Assembly (NCBI GenBank): GCA_002633005.1
Contig: NMRA01000118.1
Span: forward strand, 434,707-498,706
Origin: Phoronis australis
Lineage: Eukaryota; Animalia; Phoronida
Reading direction: 5' to 3'
Length of the DNA: 64,000 bases
Shown here: piece by piece, positions 49,922-63,049 of the stretch
How the letters are laid out: every line of letters begins with the position of its first letter
Numbering within the stretch: the first letter of the stretch is position 1
Made by a program: the position numbers and the translations under genes
The notes under the pieces: generated by a model
The model's input: the letters and a program-made list of their open reading frames with translations, nothing else
Told to the model about the DNA's origin: nothing
Databases searched by the model: none

Positions 49922-52128
49922 ATATACCACGAGACATTATTCCGCGAATCGAGCGATTAGGATATTACTTCATCTACGCCAATCGAGGTACGTTTTGTAT
50001 TTATCCCATACGCTTCGAGTTCTAAAGCTTCTTTCATTTTTTCGGCATCTTTTTAAATACTTCACCCAAATTGTTCACGTGGCGGATCACAACCTATGTG
50101 TAGATACTTGCGCGATAAGTTACAAGTTTCAAATGTAACGATTTCTTGCTTGACAAGAGATAACGAAGATGGAAACAACGGTATTTGTGCATTGAACTTG
50201 TAACACTTTCTGAAAATAGTTAATTAACAACAATATTTGATATTGCAGTTACCGAGGAATCGGCGATTTAGTTGCAGACGATATAATATTTAGCAATTTA
50301 ATACTCGAGACAAAAGTGTCATATAATTAACAATTTTGTACCAGATGTTACGTGTGGGACCTGATTGCATGTCAAGTGTTATTTAAACTGCTGCAATTGG
50401 AAAGTTTGATGATCGAACCGGCTAACGACGTCGAGTGAACATTGACCTACCCTTAAAACTTTCCGTGTCAGAAGGCGCTGTTGAAGTAGTGCAGGAGCGC
50501 AATACAAAAAACAATATCACATGGCCGTATTTCACTCGACTGATTCGACACGTGTGGGATTATATATATTATATTGCACTATATTATATTATATTACATT
50601 AAAAACTAAGCGAAACAAATTATGTCAGTCGCTGTCTGTGTGATTTAATTCTTTGTTCATATGTCCTGTTTTCAATTTATTACTCTAATTTAGTTGTCTT
50701 TCTTATTGCTGGTTTTTTCTTGCTATTTTGTGACTATTTACATTTCGTACCATTATAAACATGACATGATTGGCACAATCAACTACGACTGGGCACAAGC
50801 TATATGGCCAACATAACAAATATTGTAAATGTAACCCTTAATCTCGCGAAAATGCTGAGACATTATGGAGGAGACATTGGCCGTAATTTCATTGATACTC
50901 TCAATACTGGAAACAAAGAAAATGCGTTTCCTATCAGAAATTCCACCCAATATGAAAATCAGGTTTTGTAAGAATTTTTGCAACTACAGAAAGATGAACT
51001 CAAATAACCTAGTGTCAGTTTTCAGTCATTCAACGCCCAATTTGGGACATTTAGAGTCATTCTTGACAATCTACTAATAATGAATTAGTTTCTTGACCTC
51101 ACATGCTTACAAAAATGATGGTTATCAACAATTGACCATTATTCACGCGAAAGCCCGTCCAAATTCACGACGAAAGCTCCATCTCGCCTAATACACAGTA
51201 ATTCACTTTCCTCTGTGCGGAAAGCTGCAAAAAAATTCAAACGCTTGGAGGAAAAACTTTGTGGTCACCACAGAGTTTCTAATCTTCCCCACCTATAATA
51301 AATGCGCGCATGCGCTCACAATCCGTTGCTTGAAGTCGACTGAGGTCAAAAGTCACATTTTCCGCATAAAGGAAACGTACTATGTCTATGTCTAGCCGTA
51401 CCACATGAGAGGTGCTTTGCCTTATAGGAGAAAAATCGATGAAGTGGCGAGCAATTGACGGATGTCTTTTTTCAAATTTGAAAGTAAAAGAAAATGCTTT
51501 GATATCAACCGCAATCCAAAATTTTTAAAACTTCTTGGTGAGCAGTTGAATTCTCTTTCAGTGGAAGAGAACCACTTTCAATATTGCAATTAAGTCTGTT
51601 TATCGGTTCGAAGCTGCTTCTCCTGCAACTAATGACCAGCGTCATAAAACATAGGAATTGCATTATTTCACAGAAAGTCTTCTAATTTTAGCACACACAT
51701 ACACATGTGGTTGCAAGCACACGCACGCGTACATGTATATAAATTGTATTAATTAGGCACAGTCAATTTTCTTAACTTGTTGTAATATGTAGTACCTCTT
51801 TATTTATTTTTACTAACATACCAGCTTTATTTATTTATTTGTTCATTAATGAAGTAGTTATACCATCATCGTTTCAAATGTATTACGTAGTTGTTTTGTG
51901 TTGTATTCCCTTGTGTTGTTTCTTCTTCCCACCTACCCTTCATCTGCGCTACTTTCATCGCTCACATTGGGTATCAGGCAACTCCTGTATAGGACTCAGG
52001 GCCCAAGTCTCAAATCGTTTCTATACATATGAGGGATACTAGAAAAATGTGGATGTTCAGTCAAACATGAATTAGTGAAGGTCCATTGCTATGTTTTACT
52101 AATATCATAGTATGTTAGAGAGGTTAAG

Positions 52129-52447
52129 AATTGACCTATCGTAAGCTCCTCCCTCGTGAACAGTCACCAACAAGTAAAATGGTGGATTGGGAAACGCAGA
52201 CGAATGTTTGTCAAGAATGTTGCTTTTTTATTGATCAGGTAAGCTGACAGTCAAAATCCTGGTGATAGTTTGACCTTATAGCTCATTGGGTTGACCTATA
52301 GCAAGCTCTGCCCCCTCGTGAACAGACACCGACAACGCAATGTTTGTCAAAGCGGTGGCTTGGAAACGCAGACAAAGGTTTGCCAAGAACGTTGCAATCT
52401 GATTGGTCAGTTAACCCGTCAATCAAAATCCTGGCGATAGGTCAATT
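52129..52447. mobile_element. Small TIR element built of two ~160-bp tandem units
   Basis: AATTGACCTATCG ... CGATAGGTCAATT termini. TTGACCTAT..CAAGCTC..CCCTCGTGAACAG repeated. Confidence 0.6.
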
Positions 52448-52492
52448 ACCGTTGTCCAAGCTTAATTAATTGGAGCTGTAGCTGAAGGTTAC

Positions 52493-52630
52493 CTGGCGGT
52501 AAAATGTCATTTGAATCTCGCCATGTCACCGACTCAATAGGTGGATTTGCCGACACCTGACAGTCAACACTGAGCTTCTCGCCAATTATTCCTACATATT
52601 CAGTAAATGCTGTTCGCGTCCTCACATCAA
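52493..52630 (-). CDS. IgSF exon 3: N-terminal part of Ig domain 2 (not in ORF track)
   Basis: TTTCTTTTCTCAATAG| ... CAG|GTAACC, 138 nt, phase 1-1. Reads GIIGEKLSVDCQVSANPPIESVTWRD. Confidence 0.92.
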
Positions 52631-52779
52631 CTATTGAGAAAAGAAAGCAAGAAGTACACGATGAGAGACCTTGTAGTATATAGTCTATTATTGTTAATAA
52701 TATAATATTAAAAGATATGTTTATTTGAGCTCAAGCAATAGTCGGTTTTATACAGAACAATGGACAAACGTCATTTTAG

Positions 52780-53008
52780 ACTGACAGTCCAGAGCACTTA
52801 ACATAGATGAACGGGGTACCAACATCTGGCCATCAGAGCACTTAGAGTGCACCTAAGCATATACATGTACAGAAATCCCCCATAGGGTCCCCAAGGAGCA
52901 CGTCAGAGCGCAAACACCAGCAAACGTCCATAAGGTGCACTGTAAATGCTTTAATGGTCAGATGTTGGTACCTCGTTCATCTGTACTAAGGTCTCTGGGC
53001 TGCCAGTT
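52780..53008. mobile_element. Palindromic MITE
   Basis: AGATGAACGGGGTACCAACATCTG pairs with CAGATGTTGGTACCTCGTTCATCT; arms ~75 bp. Confidence 0.7.
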
Positions 53009-53093
53009 GGCACATATTGTTGCCTGAGCGACACTATGTGTCCAATGCGACAATGTAGAGTTCGTAGAACTCATAGCAGAAGCAAATACTTAC

Positions 53094-53274
53094 ACAGAAC
53101 TGTCAACTTTGCCGTCTTTTCTTCAACTTTTTCGTACCTCTTTAGTTTTTCACTCGTATAAGTAAAGATGCACTTGCAGTCTTGATTGTGGTAGCTACGA
53201 TCGACTGTAATTTGGAAGGTACGGCAGTATTCAGCGAAGGGGTTATATCCACCAGGGACTCTTTTTTGGATATT
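53094..53274 (-). CDS. IgSF exon 2: C-terminal part of Ig domain 1 (frame not in ORF track)
   Basis: TCTTTGTAG| ... |GTAAGT, 181 nt, phase 0-1, matching the phase-0 end of exon 1. Reads FQITVDRSYHNQDCKCIF...AKLTVL. Confidence 0.88.
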
Positions 53275-53559
53275 CTACAAAGACACGTTGTTTTACATAC
53301 AAGCAGCTTAGCTCGTCTTCTCTCGTGCATCCTATGCCCTTCTCGTGGACTCATACGCCCTTTCGGACAAAGAAAAACAAATCAAATATTCATAACGGTT
53401 AAGGATGCAGAGAAAATGCTAATTGAATTGATTTTGCATTCAATAATGCATGTCAATAGTCTTCCGTGGTCCCATGGACACGAGAATTGATAAGGTATCA
53501 TGTTCGATACTTTTTTAAATAAACTTGGATGAAGTGGACGACATTTGTAGAAAGGGAAA

Positions 53560-54068
53560 TCACCAATTGGTCGGACTTCAAAACCACTTCACCACACTTC
53601 AAAACAAGTAGGCTGGACTGCAGAACGAAAGGGTCGGTGATCAAATGTGTTGTCTGGACTTTAAAATGTTATGGCCTCACTCCAAACAAACTAGTTAGCT
53701 GGGCCTAAACACGATGGCTGGTGCTGTAACCAGCTGGCCAGTGGCCAAACACGACGACCGGACTTCCTCTGAGGCTCTCCTTGAATGTCTTGAATGATTC
53801 AAGTGACATCTTGCGTTCATTTTTCGTACCCGATTGTTTGTTTTGTTCAAAATGGGCAATTTGTTATGCCATTGTGATTGAGCACAAGCCAACCCGATTC
53901 AAGTCCGGTCAACCAGTTTTTGGGTGCTTCATATTTTTTTTAGGTAGGCTTACCGGCCAACCTGTTGTGAGGTCCGATCCCCAAGTTAGAACACAAGCTA
54001 TTGGGTTTTGAAGTTCAGACAGCTGGTTTTGAAGTCCGGGCAAGTGGTTTTGAAATCCCACAGATTAT
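53560..54068. mobile_element. MITE with subterminal ~20-bp repeats (ACTTCAAAACC / GGTTTTGAAGT)
   Basis: Repeats at 53575-53605 are inverted relative to those at 54003-54058. Confidence 0.5.
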
Positions 54069-54936
54069 TGATACTCTTCTTGCTGTAGTACGTAGTGAAA
54101 GGAAGGTCACTTTTCAGAATATGAAACAGCAACAAAAATAGTACAGCAGCCCAATCGACGAGATTATCTGAGAAAGGGAAGTGGCATCGCGGGCAAGAAA
54201 TAACGTGCGGGAGCAGGGTTTATCTCTACCCAAGCCAAGAAAGGTGAAAATATTTGACTGCGAGTTGGGATAGCGTGTGCCATATTTTTTCATGACAGAT
54301 GAGGTAAAAACGTTGCACGTCAATTCGCCTGAATATCAGGGTTACGGCACCACAGTATTTCGCGTAATCAAATCAAAACATATCTTAGAGTAAAGAAAAT
54401 AGTTACCTAAAGAAATCAGCTATAGAGCTGCTCTTTCAGCGGTGGATCCATCTAAAATGCTTGGCTTCTTAAGAAGTGTCGTCGGAAGCGCGCGCACAAT
54501 TGATCTCCGGGGTTTTGCCGATGAGCCACGAAGACTCGAAACGCGTTGATTTTCATAACAGCAATTCACAGTGCAAAAAATAAATTTTCAGAGTGAACTC
54601 CCCCCTCATTTTTTTCCAAGTTGGTTTACTTGGGGTTTACACACGCTGGCGGTGCCGTTTTTGTTTTGCTGGAGACGTTTTTTTTTTAATTTTTGGGTTC
54701 TGGCCCGAGGGGGGCTTAAACACCCTGAACCCCCCGTAAATCCGCCACTGAACCGGACATGTTAATTTTACAGATTCCTTCAAACACCATGTAAGACAAT
54801 GTGAAATTACACTATCTTTACCTCCAGTGTGATTTATCTCCAAATCATGTAGCATTTAAGCTCCAATGTAGCAGCTGCTGGTTTTATTCTTTGTTTTACT
54901 CAAGAATACCAACAGACTGCAACCTGTTTACACCAG

Positions 54937-55576
54937 TGCCAGGAGTAGACTAGCCGTGGTCTTAGTTTGATAAGTTTTAATTCTTTGTTCTGTTTGTTCA
55001 CGAGTAGATAGTACTTGATCGATATGACTCATGACCCGTGAGGTCAAGACAGTGATGATGTACTTTGTTTGCAGGAGTATGACATGGAAAATTCTAGAAG
55101 ATTCCAGTATTTTAGTGATTAATGTAGACTGAAACATTCTAGAGCGTTATATATTTGTAAAATGATTGGATAGATTCCGGAAAATTCTAGAGTGTGCTTG
55201 ACTTGGTGAAGCCGCAGAACATTGTAAGAGACTACATGTATAAATACACAGGCATGGGTTAGTAGAGTTTAAGTTGGTGCTGAAAAGCACTTAAAGTCAG
55301 TTGAAGTTAAAGTTGAGTTGAGAATCAGCTGCTTCAGCGTTAGTTAATCAAGCTATGGAGACAGCAGGTTATTGAATCGACGAGTGTAACAGTTGCTGGA
55401 AGTCTTCGCAGCACTGGCTAAAGCACAGAACAGACAATGCATCAGATGTTTTGTTTGAGTAGACTTGTGAACATACGGTCGAGATAAAGAAAGTAATTAA
55501 CTCCAACCTGCCTTCAGACTATCGTCGCACCGGAGGCTATTAGCACCGGTCGGTAACACACGGGAAAAACGAGACA
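54937..55576 (+). mobile_element. Solo LTR (same family as 27279-28954)
   Basis: TG...CA ends flanked by CCAG on both sides; TATA-like TATAAATA near 55239. Homologous to the reverse complement of the 27.3 kb copy with its MITE removed. Confidence 0.8.
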
Positions 55577-55984
55577 CCAGCAAAGTCTTTTGACTAGTAC
55601 ATGAGTACACTACAAGACGTTGTAAGGCCAAGCTCAAGGCAAGTAGCTCTTTTTCAATTGTCAAATAATTTCTATAGTGCTTACTGAACTTCTTAGAGAA
55701 GTATGCAGCAGAATGCTGAGCACAGACTTTGCCACTTTGTTATAATTATGCTCCTAAGCCTTCATCAAACAGAGACCGAGAACGGTTTGAATGTACTAAA
55801 ATAGGCGACAACAGGAAAGTGACACATCCTAACATGGTTTTAACTTCTCGAACCAATGTTGACAAAGTTCAGTCCAAATCAAAATTTGACATTTTTTCCT
55901 CAACAATTTTTTAAGTGTTAGGGGTAGCGGCCATGGCTGCTACGACATCAAGTGGTCAGCCACAATAGAGTTTGAGTACTGGGG

Positions 55985-56170
55985 CAGGACACAACTGACG
56001 AGAGTTACGCCTATTGGGTGTGACAACTACATTGTTTGGATTGCTAACTTTAGAATGTACTGTGTACGGTCCATGCAACCTAGCCTGCAATGGGTTTGAC
56101 CCGATAGCAAACGGTCAAAGCAACTTGTCACCATGCTTTCCTATCACAACTAACTTCAATCTTACGTTGA
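55985..56170 (-). mobile_element. Ty3/Gypsy integrase C-terminal (GPY/F) relic
   Basis: Reads GDKLL*...NPLQARLHGPYTVHSKVS...VVVTPNRR..RQLC. Confidence 0.65.
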
Positions 56171-56917
56171 CTAGACTCAAGACTGCGCTTCAGGCCAATT
56201 CACAGGTCCTATACATTCGCTTTTTAAATGTTGAGACATAATGAAGCAAGTTAATATAACAAACACCACTTGTCCATTGTTCTGAAAGCCCAGACTCAAT
56301 TCGATACCAAAACGACTTTTAATAAGGAAAACGTCATTGAAATCCCATTTTGATAAGATATACCACGTGAATGTATAAATGGAAGGCCAAAAATGCATTG
56401 ACCTTATTGTTGTCTCATATTTTCCATGTTTGCCTCACATTTCCTAATTCTTTTTGTCAACTTTATTCCTCATTCCTTCTCACGCCTTTCAGCATAGCCA
56501 TCTTGAAAACCTAAATTCATCACTAATTGTTTAGTATAAACGAAAACAGTCTATTTTTAATTTGAAGTAGATTTATAGTCTACCACTAGGTGACAGTGTG
56601 GTGAGGTTATTACTTGGCAAACTAGTTCTTTCGCAAATTATTTTGCTCTGATATGAAGTTTTTTTATTTAGAATACATGTCACATTTTTCGTCCAATTTC
56701 CAGGAAATTTACACACAATCTCTAGCTCCGGAATATCTCAAAGGCGATTGTTTTTCGCCATGATCAGAATCAAGGTGGCGGATGTAGCGACCATTTTGTT
56801 TTCGAATTCAGATTCAAATGCTTATAGAGGCCGCAATTTTTAACGTACACGGCTGAAAATCTGTAAGATTAGTATAGCAGACGTGTACTACAAATGTGTT
56901 GTAGATCATTATCTTCC

Positions 56918-57760
56918 TGTCAAAGATGGCGGAAGTATTGGTCATTGCGTTTGGGCACCTCCATTTCAGGACGAAAACATTTTGTCCTGTAGAGGGCGCA
57001 TTGTAGAACCAACTGCTTCGAAAGTGTTCATGTGTTAGTTCCCTATGAGTAGCTACTATCAAATGCTGCTTAACTGAAAGTTGTTTTCAAAACCGTCTGA
57101 CTCATTTTCATCACTTTTCAATAGTGCTGGAATTTTATTTTTCAACAGGAAGAGCAAGTGACGTGATTTTTGCATGTGGGTTCTTTAAGGTACACTCTAG
57201 TTGCAAATCATCTTCTTTCTCAGGCTTACAGTTTACTTTCAATTTAAACAAATTCAAAATTTTCGTTTTTTTGTCAGTTGAATTTTGTGAAACTAATTTT
57301 TCAGGTGTTTCCTATTTTTGCTAGAACATCTCTTTTTTGAATTATTAGGGGTTTTCTAATGATGCTGTTCCTTTGTTGACTGATTTTTGCTGCACTTTTG
57401 CTGTTTTATCTTCTATAGAACAAGACTATACAAGACTAATGAGTTATTAACTTCCGTCAAAGATGGTGGAAATATTGGACATTGCGTTTGGACACCTCGA
57501 TTTCAGAACGAAAACTTTTTATCCTGTAGAGAACGCATAGTGGAACGAATTGCTTCGAAAGTTTTCACGTTTCAAGCTTTCTGTGAATCGCTGTTATCAA
57601 GTGCTGCTTAACTGGAAGTTGTTTTCAAAATGGCGGATATGACGCTATGACGCTTTTTTACCCCGTTTCAATTGTGCTCAGTGGTGTTTTATTTTGAGCA
57701 GGGAGAGCGAAGTGACGTGAATTTTTGCATGCGTATTCTTTAAGGTATACTCTTTCAAAT
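56918..57760. repeat. Two diverged direct copies of a ~300-bp repeat (56918-57240, 57455-57760)
   Basis: GTCAAAGATGG.GGAA.TATTGG.CATTGCGTTTGG.CACCTC and GAAGTGACGTGA/TTCTTTAAGGTA blocks are repeated. Confidence 0.75.
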
Positions 57761-58656
57761 GAATACTAACACATTCTTTCTCGGCTTTACTGTTTTTTAG
57801 TTATTTGGCATTCAGTTAAAAAGTTTTTGAATTTTCGAAACTTTTGTGTCGCCCTCCAGAACTGTATGCTTAATTTGGACTTTCTTGCGTCGACTTCTAC
57901 GTCGTCCAATTTCAGTCTCCTTCAAATGTGCTTCCAATTGAATAACCCCCCTTTCCAGCGAATGCAAGACTGAATTCGCTTGGTGTTGTCGGTCGTGTCA
58001 CGAACTGTGTTCGTAATCGTATACATGTAGATGTCAATTTCCCTTCGCCAACGACGTTGTCTTTTCAGTTAATTTCACCAAGTGTCGCTCCTTCATTTTA
58101 TTTGTTAAATGTGACCAACAATGTTTTAAACCTGACTGCTAAATTGACCGAGACAACATTTCATCAGTAATAACGCATTGTTCACGACCTCCAAGTTTTA
58201 ACCTTTTTTCAGTTTAGTCGCCAAACTCATTGGCCAATTACACAAAATTTGCAAGTACACCACGAATGAGGTGAACAACGTTAAAACGAAAATTCCAAGT
58301 GAATTTACTCGCAGCGCCTTTTTAAAGCTCATACGGTATAATGCCTTCTGGCTGTATAGAGTTGTGGAACTCGATTAAAGCGCTCAAGAGGTCACGCCAA
58401 CCTGTTAAGCACTTTCTAAGCAATTTTCAAAAATTTTCCAAACTTTGGAGGTTTGACGAGAGTTTCAGTACATTGTTCTGGGTGAGAAAATAGTTATCTG
58501 TTAACAAGCAAAAACTCTGGGTGTCGCGTATCTGACACTTATCAGGCTAACCCGCAGCAGGCAACACATTCCGTTGGTTGCCGTATATTCTACAGTGACA
58601 GTGCACATTTGCATGCACGAAATCACTGACCTTTCCTTATAGACATGATAACTTAC

Positions 58657-58784
58657 CAGACTTTCCACTTCGAATGCAAAGTTTGGCTGGGGGTTGGCGC
58701 CGGTACAGCAACAGGTTATATTAAGTTGAGCTCCCTCAATCGCAGCTCCCTCATAGCCGGAAATTTTAGTGGACGAAGCATGGG
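58657..58784 (-). CDS. IgSF exon 1 (most 5' found): N-terminal part of C2-type Ig domain 1
   Basis: GTGTTTCAG| ... CTG|GTAAGT, 128 nt, phase 1-0. Reads TKISGYEGAAIEGAQLNITCCCTGANPQP. It begins with an acceptor, so the gene continues 5'. Confidence 0.85.
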
Positions 58785-61411
58785 CTGAAACACACGTAAT
58801 GAGTGACTCGCCATTCATTAGGGGGCTCTAAACTGACAAATGCCGGATAGCTGGCCAGTAGAAAACAGTTTATCAATGCGGTCGTGCTAGCCTATAGTTG
58901 GAGCCCATATTACCGCAATAAAGCCACTAATCTAGGAGTTTCCCCGGATACAGTGTAGCTACACTTATTTTTTGAGTGCATTCTTAAGCAGGGGGTAGAC
59001 ACATTTCACACAGTGCCGGTTCACACAGTATTTCCTTTCGGTTCGGTTATCCAATTGCCGAGTCCAGTTGACGGCAGAAATAGAACGCGGTTTGGAAACA
59101 AGACAGTAAAACGGTCATTTGCGATCCTATTACGAAAACAACGATATCAACACGAATTAGAAACATAGGCACTGAAGCTAAAGAATAAGACCAGGTAACA
59201 CTCTGGTCTAGTTCAGGGTCAGATTTTGGGCACAAAGCGAGTCAAGTGATATGATGTTGTGTTTACCTTTAAGGACTTTACTGAGGGTGAATGAGGTTAC
59301 ATGAAGGAAAGCCAAGTGCCGAAACTGGACCTTTTTTACAAGCGCTTCTATAGGCCATTGAAACTCGATCCCAGACCAAAAGCATCTGGTATAAATACGT
59401 GTCCTTTCTCACTGAGTGACATTAACTTTTCCTTTCAGAAGAAAGGCTTTATACTAATGGTAAAAACTTTTCAACTTGCATCTGTTTAATCTGTTAATGT
59501 AAACAATGGTAAAAGATTTGTCAAAGTCGTTGAAAGAGAGTGTGTTTAGACGAGGTTGCCGGTTTTTTAGTCGACATCACTTGAAAATTGAAAGTAAATT
59601 CACAAGTTGCGAGACTTTATGCTCAAAAACAGCACCTATTGCGGCCAGTCTAAATATTGCAAGATCGTGTTTGGGAACTTCGTTGCGTTATTCATTTAAC
59701 ATATTCTGAGATTTTGACATCAACTGCAGTACCTTATCGTTAGTCAGTGTGTTCCCTTGTATATCATCGTGCGATCAACCCCACTACCTCGACCCCTCGG
59801 GGGCACTCATGTTTTTTGGGTAGAGGGAGGGTGACCTGGGCATCCAAATCAGGACCCTGGCCAAATTGGAAAATTGTGACCCACGTTTATACCTACATGT
59901 ACAAATCTAAAAATACATATTTTTTATAAGGACATGGACATTATTATCACACAATAATTTATGTGATAACTGAAAGGATTTGGAGTCAACTATTCACGGC
60001 AAATCGTGACTAAGAATGCAACACCCGGTGCGTCCGTCATCGAGTCGTTGTCAATTTTCAGAGGGGAAACGGCGGCTCTCCGACCCGGGCCAACAGCACC
60101 AGCACAGAACAGAACGAGTATTCCACACGAATGTTTCCCAGACACATCAAAAGTATTTTAACGGATGAAACACACAAATGAATCGAAGAAAAACGACGAC
60201 AGTAACTCATAAATCTCGACTCGAATCAAAAAATCAACATCGCTCGATGACAAAGAAACAAGTCAGTTGGGAATAAGTGGAAAGGCAATTCCGGTTTGCC
60301 CTCGCTTATCAGTCACAGACTTCGGCACGCAGCAGTGTTCGTGGTGACTACTTTGTTTAGCCTGCTTAGTGCCAATGTCACTACGCTCAGCCACCATCTT
60401 GGTGAGAGGGATCGATTCATGTGTAGCCTCGTTTTCAGAATAATGGCCGATCGGGCCAACTCAAATTTCTTCAAAATGAGCTCTCTCTAACTCTACAGAC
60501 ATAGTGTATACTTCGAGGTACACGTCAAAAAGTAATTCAACAGTTTATTTTTATTGACAACAGCTCGACCAAGGCTTTGAGTTCCGGCAGTAATCCAGTG
60601 CCCTTCCCTGTGCCGATAGAATCTCTGAATTTTGACCGGGAGAGAAGTTCAGTTGAACGCCAGCCTACGGCTTATGAATAACAAAAATGTACCTCTGATA
60701 CGAAACAAAATAATGTCCATTAGGTTGAAATAAATAAAAAAAGCATCAAATAAAAATTTCCTTGAAAACAACAATTTCCGGGGATTACCACTAGAGTGCT
60801 GAGATCCAGCAGGTGCCGAGACAAATGCGGCCAGACGTAGGAAACTCGGGAGTCAAAATCTGAGATAGCCCTGCACCATAGCCACCAAGCTGAAAAGTGC
60901 GTATCTTGGAACTAATATATATATATAGATTATTACATGGCGAAGTCGTTATCCCCCGTTATCTAGAGCCCGAGTGGATTTTGGAGAATTATCGCCCGAG
61001 GGGCGTGGTACCTGGTTTCTAAGACACAAGGTCTTTATCTTTGAACTTCATTTGCATATTCAGGGCTCTGGACTGAGCTGTTGCTTACGATACATGTCCA
61101 ACTGAAAAAAAACCTGAACTGTTAACACTAATTTAACATTTAACTATGAGTGAGTTGGCATGCAAATTTTTCAGACGGATTTATCAGGAAGTGATCCACC
61201 ACCAGCCTAACAAAAAGATTAGTTGATGCAACTGAAAATAAATCAGCTGATATACCAGCGCAGTGATTGAAATTTATTTTTTTTTTAAATCAGATGCTCA
61301 TGCCATAGTCAATCGATTTATATTTAAGGTAACCAACGTTTGACGAAATGGACAGTGGAAGCCACTGTCCTCACATTATGACAGGGACATTGGCCACTTA
61401 GGTACTATAAT

Positions 61412-62470
61412 TTAATTACCATTGCAGCTACCTAAGTAATTAATGTTTACAAAAAATTGAGAAGAGGTTACCCCTATCCCAGAATTACGGCAGGGGATGA
61501 CGGCCACTTGTGCATGTTGATTGCAACCATCTATTTCATTTAATATTTCAAAAAATTTTGGCTTAAAGTGCTTAAAATCACACCCACAGTATAACGCCAT
61601 ATGGTTATCCACTGGTGCAAGCAGTGTCGATGTGGCAACTGAACAAGGGAGTGTTCGAAAAACAGGATTGCAGGAGTATTTGTTTAAACTGGGAACAAAT
61701 GAAAACATTAACGGCTTCCTCAGAGGCATCTCTCTACGCGGTACTTCTAAACTTATAGCAACATGACTAATGGTTTAACCAATGTGATGCATAATTTGTC
61801 GAAAAGCATCCGGCATATTGAGTACCTATGGTATGATCACCGTCTCCAATGGGTCAGCGGTATTGTCTAAGGCCTAGGCAGCCAAGGAGCTTAACAAGTT
61901 AAAAAGCATCTGGTAATAATACTGAAACACATGGAAATTACCACGATGTACCTTTCAAAAACACGTACCTGTTTATCAAAGCTATAAAGTTGTTATTTCT
62001 TTCGCTTTCTTGAAATGTGGTCCATAATATACTTTTCCTGCTACCAAATGATGCACTCATGTTTCAGAATGTTCCTATCTTTTTCAGGTTAATTGGGTCT
62101 TTCAGATTTTGGAAGCTTAATTGATTTCCTTGGGAAATTTTGGGTAACATCTGTATCACTTTCAGCAACTTCAGCTTTAGTGTATTGAAACATTGCTACG
62201 CCTTTTATTTCTATGTCCATTCAATTTTTGGTCTAGCACTTGGTCTTCTACAGCAGTATACTGTATAGGCTATAGCAGGACATACAGCTGTTTTCTGCAC
62301 AAATGTTTGACACCTCTTCTTTTTTTTGATCTACTGATCTACAGAGTTCCAAAGTCCATCAGCTTCCATCAGGATGCTTCTCTAAGCTTCTTCGGGTTCT
62401 GACATCACAATTTTGTGCTGTTTGATAAGCCTTGAATTATACAGGCATCACACTCCATGGGAGCAGCCAT
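61412..62470 (-). pseudogene. Possible highly decayed DNA-transposase fragment (Academ-like?)
   Basis: Weak motif resemblance (HVAISLEV...SVA...NEIDGCNQHA versus DN..ETLDGK.T.H); many stops. Confidence 0.25.
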
Positions 62471-63049
62471 ATTGAAGTAACTAAGCACAACAATACAATC
62501 TGGCTCTCTGACTGGTCAATTCAATATAAAAGCGCCAAGAAGTGGCAGGAATGTGCATAATATTTCGTGCAACAAAAACACCTTTTTAAAAAAAAATGTT
62601 CAAGAGTAGACGTGGAAACTTTTTGGAATTTGATTTATAGGTATACTATCTAGCCACATAGAAAAAACTATGTTGCCCCCCCCCCACAGTACTCACAAGG
62701 ATGAACGCTATGAGATCTGGCCCACCGACTAAATAGCGTGAGAAGGTATCAGGTGAAATTTGTAAGATTTGTGTCCCTTGGTCTTTTTATTCGTCAACAT
62801 GCGTGATTTCACGTAACTTCCTCAAAATGGCACCCGGTAAGAGAAACTCGAGCAAGCTGCGACAGATTTTCATCGATTTGTTCAAATTATCTTGACTGAA
62901 TCGTTTTCAGACTTGAGTTGTTATAACTCCATGTGCATATATGCATGTTTTATTTGATTTTATTTCCCGTATTTTGAAATGAGTAACTTTTTGTGGGGAT
63001 GTAGGCTACTATCGCCCCTGTATGCCTGCGGCATCCATGGCGATGTAAT

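Noticed and set aside
59047-59235. ORF with 'SVTW' as a possible further upstream Ig exon
   Set aside because: No Ig cysteine spacing or matching splice sites.
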